This document shows positions 1 through 7,590 of a stretch of 41,076 nucleotides of DNA, in pieces. Position 1 is the stretch's first letter; the number at the start of each line of letters is the position of its first letter. Source of the DNA: a virus (taxonomy: Duplodnaviria > Caudoviricetes); IMG/VR virus record IMGVR_UViG_3300033512_000056, positions 1 to 41,076 of that record; one strand, given 5' to 3'. The notes under the pieces were generated by a model. That model worked only from the letters and a program-made list of their open reading frames with translations, was not told where the DNA came from and ran no database searches. A program made the translations under genes and the position numbers.

Positions 1-141
1 AGCAAGATTTATATACAACTGCTACTCACGCATAGACGATACACAAGATTACTGCTTCGGCAGTTTTCTTTTTGTAATAGAAAACAGACTCACCCGCTTA
101 AAGATAAGTCTGATTTCGTTCAATTTTATAGGGGACTTCAC
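1..141. repeat. 141-bp direct terminal repeat, copy 1 (circular assembly overlap)
   Basis: Identical to 40936-41076. Confidence 0.95.
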
Positions 142-195
142 CAACCATAAAGGTTAGTTTCTGTCATTTCGATAGGTTTTTGCCTATCTAAGCTA

Positions 196-223
196 ATTAT
201 ACCACAGTTGATATAAAGGTCAA
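196..223 (-). promoter_or_regulatory. Sigma70-type promoter firing leftward
   Basis: Minus strand reads TTGACC-16 nt-TATAAT with extended TGTGG. Confidence 0.7.
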
Positions 224-309
224 TAGCATTTATCAGATTGGAAGCGTTATGAAACTTCAAAATGTTAATTACTTTGACCTAGACGATACTACACAAGATG
301 TTATAATAG

Positions 310-388
310 TCAAGCGAGGTTAGTATTTGCATAACCTTGCCGTTTGATACATTAAAGGGGCTTATCCAATTGGAAGCCTCTTTTTTGT
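310..388 (+). ncRNA. Candidate small RNA (hairpin plus intrinsic terminator)
   Basis: TGTTATAAT 299-307; stem GCGAGGTTA/TAACCTTGC (314-322/332-340); hairpin and T-tract at 354-388; no ORF. Confidence 0.45.
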
Positions 389-430
389 TTTAATTTAATT
401 TTCTTATATTAAAGAAAATGGCACTAACTT

Positions 431-616
431 TTAATTAGAATCTCCGTATTCTTTATCGTAATCACCTTCACCACTAATAATCCAAAGTAGTCGTGCTTCC
501 TCTCCACATTCAGGACATTCTAGCTTCAATAGTTCTTTAATCCTGTCTTTTTTTATATATATGACATGGTTACACTTTTGACATACAAATAACCAGTCTG
601 GTTTTTCTCTTTTCAT
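431..616 (-). CDS. Small zinc-ribbon protein
   Basis: CQKC and CPEC pairs; starts 2 nt after upstream stop (TAGATATG). Confidence 0.7.
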   Translation of the reverse strand: MKREKPDWLFVCQKCNHVIYIKKDRIKELLKLECPECGEEARLLWIISGEGDYDKEYGDSN

Positions 617-618
617 AT

Positions 619-795
619 CTATTTTTTATCGTCTTTTAATAAAATTTCCTTGTCGTCTTGCCCGAATAACTCTATAACTGCTTTTGGTCGATAAACCCCA
701 CAACCACCATCATCTGTCATGGTATATTCCTCAATGAAGTCAGACACCTTCTTAGCCAAGTCACTTCCATATTCGGCAGTTATTAGTATTTTCAT
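619..795 (-). CDS. Hypothetical 58-aa protein, paralog of 5583-5756
   Basis: Homology to second copy with many synonymous changes; start placed at 795 by alignment. Confidence 0.8.
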   Translation of the reverse strand: MKILITAEYGSDLAKKVSDFIEEYTMTDDGGCGVYRPKAVIELFGQDDKEILLKDDKK

Positions 796-886
796 ATCTA
801 AATTATATCGCCACAATACATAAAGTCAACACATATTTGTTGATAACTCTATTGCAAATAAATTATGTGGTAATATAATATTTGTT

Positions 887-1159
887 ATGGAGATTAGTCA
901 GCACATTAAAAACTACAAGATTGAAGTTAAAGAAAATAATTTACGTTCAGAAAGAGATGAATATATAGTGAAGTTTCTTGAAAGAATAAATCCTAGTAGA
1001 GTAAGTGCTGGTTATAGTCCATTGACACCAGTTAGATTATGTCATACAGTAACGAAAGCATTTGGCAAAAGTGATACTGGTATATTATACTTGTTATATA
1101 AGAAGTGCGAACAGTTTGATGATTTTTCAAAAGGTTTTTATTACTTAACAAGGAAATAA
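887..1159 (+). CDS. Hypothetical protein, possibly DnaD-like replication protein
   Basis: ATG 7 nt after TTGCAA-16-TATAAT; helical C-terminus loosely like DnaD domains (weak). Confidence 0.6.
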   Translation: MEISQHIKNYKIEVKENNLRSERDEYIVKFLERINPSRVSAGYSPLTPVRLCHTVTKAFGKSDTGILYLLYKKCEQFDDFSKGFYYLTRK

Positions 1160-1182
1160 TAGTTTTGTGGTATAATATATAT

Positions 1183-1580
1183 GTAGTTGAAGTTTGACTA
1201 CCGACAGTGCGAGTTTCATGAAACCTTTTCGAGAGACTCTAACTTAAATGTTGGGCTCTGTCGAAAGGGTTTTTTAATTTATATAGACCAAACCCTACAA
1301 TATAAAGTCTATATGATACATAAAGGAACGAAGTGGTGTAGAGGTGTAGTCGCAGAATTATAGGCAAGGCGACTATTAGATAAAGAGTGGACAGGAATTG
1401 GCTAAATCCGAGCAACCTTAGCTGATACTTATGAATAAATCCTGAACATAATTTCCGTTGCGATGACTTGGTTGGATTAAATAAGATAATATCCAATTAC
1501 AAACTATACTAGAAACCTCAAGAAACAAACACAATCCACTTTGGGCAGATTTGCTTGATTATTTCAGGCTTGTCTTCCTA
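1183..1580 (+). ncRNA. Candidate large structured RNA upstream of HNH gene
   Basis: Promoter TGTGGTATAAT 1166-1176; at least 8 stems, G-U pairs favour + strand; possible pseudoknots. Confidence 0.55.
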
Positions 1581-1599
1581 TTTCCTAAGAAACATACAC

Positions 1600-2199
1600 A
1601 TGTTATTACCAGATATAAAAGAAATAGAACAATTAACAATAAGAGAACTAACAGACCTCTCAACTAATATAAAGAGTATTTTAGATAAGAAGCGGATAAA
1701 GAACAACAAGAAAATCTATTATCCTTATATCAACTCTCCAAAGTGGAAAGAACTAAGAAGAAACGTTTTGAGATATTATCTAAAATGTTGCAGGTGTAAT
1801 TCTGTTGATAGATTATGTGTCCACCATTCTACATATCAAAGGCTTACAAAGGAAATACCGAGCGACTTATATGTTTTATGTTACAAATGCCACAGTGAGT
1901 TTCATAAAAGGTTTCCACTACAGGAAGCTATGAAGAAAAAAACAAGGAACTTTATACGAGAATTAAATCCAAAGTTTTATCCAAAAATGTGTATGCCACC
2001 AAAACCAGTAGAGCATAGACACTCAAAAAGACATTGCAAGTATTGCAACTCTCCATTAATATTAGGCAAAACTAGAAAGAAGACAAAGAAACCCAATAGT
2101 GATAGGTCTTATTATTACTCAAAGATATGGGTTTGCGAAAAGCATTGTACTCACGGAGTATATTATTATTTTGATGAGGATAAGGTATACTATAATTAA
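1600..2199 (+). CDS. HNH endonuclease with C-terminal Cys-rich extension
   Basis: YINSPKW..CCRC..LCVHH..DLYVLCYKCH..FH; later CKYC and CEKHC; ATG 1600 preferred to TTG 1555. Confidence 0.85.
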   Translation: MLLPDIKEIEQLTIRELTDLSTNIKSILDKKRIKNNKKIYYPYINSPKWKELRRNVLRYYLKCCRCNSVDRLCVHHSTYQRLTKEIPSDLYVLCYKCHSEFHKRFPLQEAMKKKTRNFIRELNPKFYPKMCMPPKPVEHRHSKRHCKYCNSPLILGKTRKKTKKPNSDRSYYYSKIWVCEKHCTHGVYYYFDEDKVYYN

Positions 2200-2200
2200 A

Positions 2201-2273
2201 GCCTGGATAGCTCAGTTGGTAGAGCAATAGTTTTGTAAACTATAGGTCGTCAGTTCAAACCTGACTCTAGGCT
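2201..2273 (+). tRNA. trnT: tRNA-Thr (TGT)
   Basis: Acceptor GCCTGGA/TCTAGGC; D-arm TAGCTCAGTTGGTAGAGC; anticodon arm ATAGT-TTTGTAA-ACTAT; T-arm GTCAG-TTCAAAC-CTGAC; CCA not encoded. Confidence 0.95.
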
Positions 2274-2325
2274 CACTGTGGATAACTCAATATACTTTTA
2301 TCTTTATAGTTTATATAATATAGAT

Positions 2326-2529
2326 ATGAGCAAGATAACATCGTGGATGATAGAAACAAAAGATGGTGATATAAGTTTAGATTGTACAGGAAGAAACAAT
2401 AGAAGAAGTTTTATCAGCAACTTAAGAAGAGTTAAAGATATAAAACGGATAGTTTTACAAGAAGAATATTCAAAAGCGGAGGCTTTACAACTTAAAAAGG
2501 ATTTAAATTTATGTCTAAAAAAGAAATAA
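2326..2529 (+). CDS. Hypothetical protein
   Basis: ATG 6 nt after TATAAT (2314-2319). Confidence 0.6.
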   Translation: MSKITSWMIETKDGDISLDCTGRNNRRSFISNLRRVKDIKRIVLQEEYSKAEALQLKKDLNLCLKKK

Positions 2530-2705
2530 TCAAAGATAAGTTATTACAAGATAGAGAAGTAAGTAATTACTGGTGTATAAAGAATGGAATTACAACAAGA
2601 CTTGCGGCATTTATTCATTTATTAAAAGGAGAGGGTATGAATATATCGAGCAAAATGCACGGCAATGATTGTGTTTATAGTTTACCAAAAGAAACATTAT
2701 TTTAA
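2511..2705 (+). CDS. Small helix-turn-helix protein (HTH_39-like)
   Basis: GITTRLAAFIHLLKGEGMNI resembles the ITRLAARIxDLRxxGxxI motif. Confidence 0.65.
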   Translation: MSKKEIIKDKLLQDREVSNYWCIKNGITTRLAAFIHLLKGEGMNISSKMHGNDCVYSLPKETLF

Positions 2706-2706
2706 T

Positions 2707-2919
2707 ATGAAAATAGAAATAACAAAAAGGAGCTTGATAATAACTCCACCACCAAGAAGAAATAAAAAGAACGGAATCAAACTTTATTTCTGGAGAGATG
2801 AAAAGGTGGAGCGGGAAAGTAATACATTCCCAATAATTATGACAGATGCCATAAAAGGACAGAGAAAATATACCCTGCCACAAGATGGAAATTATGCTTT
2901 TAAAAAGATAGAATTTTAA
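2707..2919 (+). CDS. Hypothetical protein
   Basis: ATG 1 nt after upstream stop. Confidence 0.6.
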   Translation: MKIEITKRSLIITPPPRRNKKNGIKLYFWRDEKVERESNTFPIIMTDAIKGQRKYTLPQDGNYAFKKIEF

Positions 2920-2933
2920 CTAACAAATAATAT

Positions 2934-3404
2934 ATGAAAAGGAAAGGAATACCAACAATGCTTACGAGAGCGACCAATGATTATAATAAATTGTTTAGAG
3001 GGCAACTTAAAAAACTAAGAGAACTTGATAAAAAAACAAGACCGACCCTTCGAAACTTTGAGTCTGGTGCAACAGCACAGCAACGCAAACAAATTCCTAT
3101 ATATTCAGGTGTATTAAAATATTTCCCAGACGCAATAAAGCAAGTTGCTATTGTTAGTTGGCTTGGTAATGAACAACACAACAAAGGAGAACCACTACAT
3201 TGGGCTAGAGATAAATCAAAAGACCAACTAGATGCAGCAGTCAGACATATAGTAGACCATGCTTCTGGAGAAACTATTGATAGTGATGGCGGGTATCATT
3301 TAGCGAAGGCAGCTTGGAGGTGTTTGGCAGAATTGCAACTAATCCTTGAAAAGGAAAAAGTGGATAACTGCGTTGACTCTAAATCTACACAAGTTATACT
3401 ATAA
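2934..3404 (+). CDS. DUF5664-like (dATP/dGTP diphosphohydrolase N-terminal domain) protein
   Basis: RKQIPIYSG..YFPDA..VS..GN..H..LHW..DAAVRH..D.DGGYHLAKAAWR pattern. Confidence 0.65.
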   Translation: MKRKGIPTMLTRATNDYNKLFRGQLKKLRELDKKTRPTLRNFESGATAQQRKQIPIYSGVLKYFPDAIKQVAIVSWLGNEQHNKGEPLHWARDKSKDQLDAAVRHIVDHASGETIDSDGGYHLAKAAWRCLAELQLILEKEKVDNCVDSKSTQVIL

Positions 3405-3425
3405 GAGTAGTGATTACAAGCAATT

Positions 3426-3602
3426 ATGATAACAACAAAAATGGGAACAATTAATTTTAAGGTTTCAAAACAAGGTGATAATTGGGTTGTATTCAATGGT
3501 GAAGGAGAAATGATTGGCGAATATTCAACAGAAGAAAAAGCTAGAGAATTTGCTCGGTCAGAAGAAAGTAAAGTAGAGGTTATTATTAATAACAATATAT
3601 AA
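3426..3602 (+). CDS. Hypothetical 58-aa protein (not in ORF track)
   Basis: MITTKMGTINFKVSKQGDNWVVFNGEGEMIGEYSTEEKAREFARSEESKVEVIINNNI; own promoter at 3373-3400. Confidence 0.7.
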   Translation: MITTKMGTINFKVSKQGDNWVVFNGEGEMIGEYSTEEKAREFARSEESKVEVIINNNI

Positions 3603-3604
3603 TT

Positions 3605-3979
3605 ATGGAAATAAAAACAATTAGTTTGAAAGGTAAGGCTTACGCACCAGTATCAGCGAGGGTCGAGCAGTTTCACAAAGACCATGCTGATGGAAACATT
3701 ACAACTACCTATGAGTTTAAAGAGGGCTATGTAATTTTTAGAGCTAAAGTATCTTGGGGTATGCCAAAAAGCGTTACACCAGACGGAATACTGCACGAAA
3801 GAGCATTTACTGGTCATGCCTTTGGTAAAGTAGGAACAGAGAAAGCCTTTGAAAAGATAGAAACTGTTTCAGTTGGTCGAGCATTAGCTATGGCTGGTTA
3901 TCTTGCAGGTGGTGAGATAGCTAGTTATGATGAAATGGAAAACTTTTCAGACCACCTAGACAGTATTAAGCGAGATTAA
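3605..3979 (+). CDS. Rad52/Sak-like single-strand annealing protein
   Basis: KGKAY..V..R and ETVSVGRALA..G..IAS.DE motifs; close to ssb. Confidence 0.65.
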   Translation: MEIKTISLKGKAYAPVSARVEQFHKDHADGNITTTYEFKEGYVIFRAKVSWGMPKSVTPDGILHERAFTGHAFGKVGTEKAFEKIETVSVGRALAMAGYLAGGEIASYDEMENFSDHLDSIKRD

Positions 3980-3983
3980 CAAC

Positions 3984-4187
3984 ATGGCAACTCAAGGTTT
4001 CTTTATAACCGATACTGATGATGGAATATCTGATGGTCTAATTAAAGATAAAGATAAGAATTTAATAGGTAGGGCATGGCAACAAGAAGCACCAGTAGGT
4101 CATTTCATAAATGGTAAGTTAGAAGGCTACTGGATTATTACAAACGAAGAATATAAAATATTGAAACAAAAAAATGAACTTAAATAA
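3984..4187 (+). CDS. Hypothetical protein
   Basis: ORF tightly packed in operon. Confidence 0.6.
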   Translation: MATQGFFITDTDDGISDGLIKDKDKNLIGRAWQQEAPVGHFINGKLEGYWIITNEEYKILKQKNELK

Positions 4188-4575
4188 AGTATTGCTTATA
4201 GGAAATTTGACTAAAGACCCAGAAACAAAAGCACTTCCAAGTGGTATGAGTGTTGTTAGCTTCGGGTTAGCGACAAACAGAAACTATAAAGACAAAGATG
4301 GCAACAAGAAAGAGGAAGTCGAGTTCCATAATATAGTAGCTTTTGGAAAACAAGCAGACACACTTGCACAGTACTGCAAGAAAGGAAGCTCTTTATACAT
4401 TGAAGGAAGAATACAGACACGAAGTTGGGATGGTGCTGACGGAAAGAAAGCATACAAAACAGAAGTAGTTGTAGAGAACTTTCAATTTGGCAGTAAATCA
4501 GAACCAAAGAAGGATACAAAGACCAGTGAAACGTTGGAAGGCAACGTAATTGATACAGATAGTATCCCTTTCTAA
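4174..4575 (+). CDS. ssb: Single-stranded DNA-binding protein
   Basis: NKVLLIGNLTKDPE..LATN..EFHNIVAFG..KKGS..IEGRIQTRSW; acidic tail ending DSIPF. Confidence 0.97.
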   Translation: MNLNKVLLIGNLTKDPETKALPSGMSVVSFGLATNRNYKDKDGNKKEEVEFHNIVAFGKQADTLAQYCKKGSSLYIEGRIQTRSWDGADGKKAYKTEVVVENFQFGSKSEPKKDTKTSETLEGNVIDTDSIPF

Positions 4576-4576
4576 C

Positions 4577-4927
4577 ATGGAAACAGTAACCGCAATATCA
4601 ATACTCAACACAATGAAGGGTTGGGTAGAAAATAAAGAACCGATAACTGCTGATAGGTGGTTAGAAGCTGCAGCAAAAATGAATGTTCTGCGTGGTGAAT
4701 TAGATGATAACTTATTTAGAATAGAACACGATTTAGCTGTAGCAAAAGCAAATCTATTAGCAAGTGGAGACATGACTTCTGCAAAAGCTGATGCCGTTAT
4801 TAAAGCTGATGATAGATATTTGATGATGAGAAAGGCTAACGCACAAATAAAACAGCTAGAAGAATTTATCAGGATAGCAAAGAAACAAGCCTCACTAAAG
4901 AACGAAGAATTTATACAGAACCGATAA
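4577..4927 (+). CDS. Helical phage protein (UvsY-like recombination mediator?)
   Basis: Coiled-coil pattern; follows ssb; function weakly supported. Confidence 0.55.
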   Translation: METVTAISILNTMKGWVENKEPITADRWLEAAAKMNVLRGELDDNLFRIEHDLAVAKANLLASGDMTSAKADAVIKADDRYLMMRKANAQIKQLEEFIRIAKKQASLKNEEFIQNR

Positions 4928-4928
4928 A

Positions 4929-5029
4929 CCTCGCAAGAGGTGTTCTAATCGAAATTGGGAAATGTGTTTGTTATTGAATTGTAATCTAAACTAAACTCAT
5001 AATTATATTTTCCGCCCAATTTTGGTTAG
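4929..5029 (+). ncRNA. Structured intergenic element
   Basis: CCTC-GCAA-GAGG GNRA hairpin; 15-bp stem 4945-4959/5015-5029 with G-U pairs. Confidence 0.4.
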
Positions 5030-5161
5030 TATACTTTTTACGATTATATGGCTTGAAATAAGGCTCAAAAGTTATCCCCAGTTAAATTGCTTTACCTATT
5101 TACAATGTATCTACACGTTATAAAATATAGATAGGTAGATTACAAGCAATAAGAAAAATAT

Positions 5162-5380
5162 ATGTCATTAGCAAAAATAATAGAAGAGAATTTAGCAACA
5201 TTACAAAATCATTACTTCTCAAATTACGCAAGTAACAATGAAGACTTTGATGGATTTGATAGGTGGAGTGAAAGTTTAACACAGGAAGAGATTGACGAGA
5301 TAGTTAGAAAGGAAGAACAATTATCAATAATGGAAGTCCACGAAAGACAAATGGATATGATGATGAGCTTAATCAAATAA
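5162..5380 (+). CDS. Hypothetical acidic protein
   Basis: Promoter TTTACA-16-TAAAAT at 5099-5126. Confidence 0.7.
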   Translation: MSLAKIIEENLATLQNHYFSNYASNNEDFDGFDRWSESLTQEEIDEIVRKEEQLSIMEVHERQMDMMMSLIK

Positions 5381-5381
5381 T

Positions 5382-5573
5382 ATGTATTTATTCACAAACA
5401 AAGATTGTACCAAAATTTTGATGCTCACGGATACACGCCCAGACGGAATAGAGTCGCAAGGTGATAAGGCACTAAATATCAGACGTGTTTTAGAAAAAGA
5501 GTACGGAGACAAGGTAATTGCTTTTGCAGAAATGGGTGGAGATAATCCACATACTGAACTTAATAAAATCTAA
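5382..5573 (+). CDS. Hypothetical protein
   Basis: Starts 1 nt after upstream stop. Confidence 0.65.
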   Translation: MYLFTNKDCTKILMLTDTRPDGIESQGDKALNIRRVLEKEYGDKVIAFAEMGGDNPHTELNKI

Positions 5574-5582
5574 TAAATAGAT

Positions 5583-5756
5583 ATGAAACGAATAATAACA
5601 GAAGAATACGGAAGTGACTTGGCAAAGGAAGTGGCTCGTTTTATTGAAAAAAATACGATGACAGGTGGTTGTTGTACTGTTTACCGACCGACAGCAGTTA
5701 TAGAATTATTCGACCAAGATGGTAAGGAAATTTTATTAAAAGACGATAAAAAATAG
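5583..5756 (+). CDS. Hypothetical 57-aa protein, paralog of 619-795 (not in ORF track)
   Basis: MKRIITEEYGSDLAKEVARFIEKNTMTGGCCTVYRPTAVIELFDQDGKEILLKDDKK. Confidence 0.8.
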   Translation: MKRIITEEYGSDLAKEVARFIEKNTMTGGCCTVYRPTAVIELFDQDGKEILLKDDKK

Positions 5757-5807
5757 ATATGTGCATAACTGTCTTGCAAACCATATAATATAACCTATAA
5801 TGTAATT

Positions 5808-6008
5808 ATGAAACGATTAAAGCTATCAGAAAAACGGCAATCATGTATAGATAGAATTTCGTTATTTGAGTTAGAGCTTATGGAGATAGAGCTAAAGAAA
5901 AAGGTCTTTTTGGCACAGCTAGAACAAGAACTATACTATCCGCCAGATGATGTCATATACAAAATAGATAAAAGCTCGGTGAATCAAGAAAGTGGTTATA
6001 ATACATAA
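5808..6008 (+). CDS. Hypothetical protein
   Basis: ATG 6 nt after TTGCAA-16-TATAAT. Confidence 0.6.
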   Translation: MKRLKLSEKRQSCIDRISLFELELMEIELKKKVFLAQLEQELYYPPDDVIYKIDKSSVNQESGYNT

Positions 6009-6012
6009 TAAT

Positions 6013-6336
6013 ATGCTCGAAATAATACTACTAATAAATAGCCTAAGAACAGAACCTTTAATAGTAAGCGAGGAACTTAATCGTGTTGCAGAGGTTAGAG
6101 CTATTCAAATATCAGAAAACTATTCCCACGATAACTTTAAAGAAGCCTTCATAGGTCTTAATTGCTCTTATTATGGGGAAAATCTATTGTGGGGTTATAG
6201 AAACAATGAGGATAGAGTTAATGCATGGGCTAATTCACCTACTCATTACGCCAATATGATAAAACCAGAGTATAAATACATCGGAATAGGACAACATGGT
6301 AAGTATATAGCAACAACATTTTGTGACCACCCTTGA
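6013..6336 (+). CDS. CAP (SCP/PR-1) domain protein
   Basis: IN..R..L..L...A..RA..FSH-like, GENL, W.NSPTHYANM, IGIG motifs. Confidence 0.85.
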   Translation: MLEIILLINSLRTEPLIVSEELNRVAEVRAIQISENYSHDNFKEAFIGLNCSYYGENLLWGYRNNEDRVNAWANSPTHYANMIKPEYKYIGIGQHGKYIATTFCDHP

Positions 6337-6368
6337 CCTTATGCTATTTCATGATGTATAATTAGGTA

Positions 6369-6782
6369 GTGAAAAGAACTCCATTAGCAAAGAAAGGCAA
6401 ATCAGACGTTGCAAAACTACAAAAGGAATGTGATAAATACTTAACTCCAATAGCTAAACTATTACACCCAAAATGTGAGGGTTGCGGTCAAGAAACAACT
6501 GTGGGTCATCACTGGATAGAGAAATCAAGGTCAAATAGACTTAGACATGACCCTTTAAATATAATAGGACTTTGCCAATCTTGCCACGTTAAGATACACA
6601 ATAGGTTTGGTAATAATATAGTTGGTGGTTTAGATATAGCACAGAAGATTATAAACCAACGAGGTATCGAATGGAAAGAAGAAATGGATATGGTAGGTAG
6701 AGAGATAGTAAAGACCAACGCTGTTTGGTATGAAAAGCAACGAGATAACCTAGAAGATGTATTATTTCATCATATACAATAA
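6369..6782 (+). CDS. NinG/Rap-like HNH nuclease
   Basis: CD..CEGC..GHHWI..S..LRHD..N...LCQSCH. Confidence 0.75.
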   Translation: MKRTPLAKKGKSDVAKLQKECDKYLTPIAKLLHPKCEGCGQETTVGHHWIEKSRSNRLRHDPLNIIGLCQSCHVKIHNRFGNNIVGGLDIAQKIINQRGIEWKEEMDMVGREIVKTNAVWYEKQRDNLEDVLFHHIQ

Positions 6783-6793
6783 ACAATAACAAC

Positions 6794-6976
6794 ATGGAAC
6801 TAAAAATAGACACAACAGATTTAGAAGTTAGGGCATACTTACAAGAGTGTGAAGAGAAGAAGATTGAACCAGAGTTTACATTAAAGATATTCAGTAAGCT
6901 AGGCAAGTTCTCCTTTGCAATGACAGGCAACCTATATTTATATGGTTACGAGGTAAAGTTTATATGCGGAGAATAA
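6794..6976 (+). CDS. Hypothetical protein
   Basis: ORF in operon. Confidence 0.6.
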   Translation: MELKIDTTDLEVRAYLQECEEKKIEPEFTLKIFSKLGKFSFAMTGNLYLYGYEVKFICGE

Positions 6977-7220
6977 CCCCCAGAAGCAAGTAAAATCAAA
7001 TAACCCCACAGCTAGTTATTAAATACCCAAGCCATTTAATACTTTATAGGTTTAATTTCCACATATTCTAGTGTTATAATTTTGCCTGCCTCACCCAAAG
7101 TGTAGTTTGCCGCCCTGCTCTTTGCTATTTCGGTGCGAGTTAGGTTTTCGTTCTTTATACCCTGTACCAGTAAAATAGTGTTTATCAAGTAAAATTGTAC
7201 TGATACAGGATATATAAAAC

Positions 7221-7252
7221 AAAAAAGCCACATAATTTTGTTATGTAGCTTT
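7221..7252 (-). terminator. Intrinsic terminator
   Basis: Minus strand AAAGCTACATAA-CAAAA-TTATGTGGCTTTTTT. Confidence 0.65.
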
Positions 7253-7269
7253 CAATTGTGGGAATTAGT

Positions 7270-7497
7270 TTATCCCTGTATTTTTTGCTTGTCGTTTGTC
7301 TTTGGTCTATTTCGCCACTCTCTTGTTGTTACTACTGCTTCCATTGTTGGTTCTTCTATGTCGCCAATATTGCACCAATCAATCGTTATGCTGTATGCTT
7401 TCATATTTCCATCATATAATGTCGCCGTTATGGTTTCATTGTCTGATATTGATACAGACTTGCCACGACCAGTTTCTAGCGTTGCGTATAGTTTCAT
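7270..7497 (-). CDS. Hypothetical protein
   Basis: Minus-strand operon, ends before terminator. Confidence 0.7.
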   Translation of the reverse strand: MKLYATLETGRGKSVSISDNETITATLYDGNMKAYSITIDWCNIGDIEEPTMEAVVTTREWRNRPKTNDKQKIQG

Positions 7498-7590
7498 ATA
7501 TTTAATTGTTAAGGTTCTAATAACTCGCTAGTCTAACGACCAGCACAAGCCCTTTAAATGATTAAAGAGCCTAGCTGATAACTATTTCTC

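Noticed and set aside
1-141. Physical terminal repeat of the virion DNA
   Set aside because: 141 bp equals a common maximum assembler k-mer; it most likely just marks circularity
1390-1465. HDV-like/theta or hammerhead ribozyme
   Set aside because: Helix order does not fit HDV topology; no CUGANGA/GAAA core
1239-1496. Minus-strand 85-aa ORF
   Set aside because: Antisense to the structured region, no start context, composition not convincing
2201-2273. tRNA as attP/prophage boundary
   Set aside because: No integrase, no duplicated tRNA 3' end and no host genes in the window
619-5756. DGR template/variable repeat pair
   Set aside because: No reverse transcriptase; differences are not adenine-specific and include synonymous changes and a codon indel
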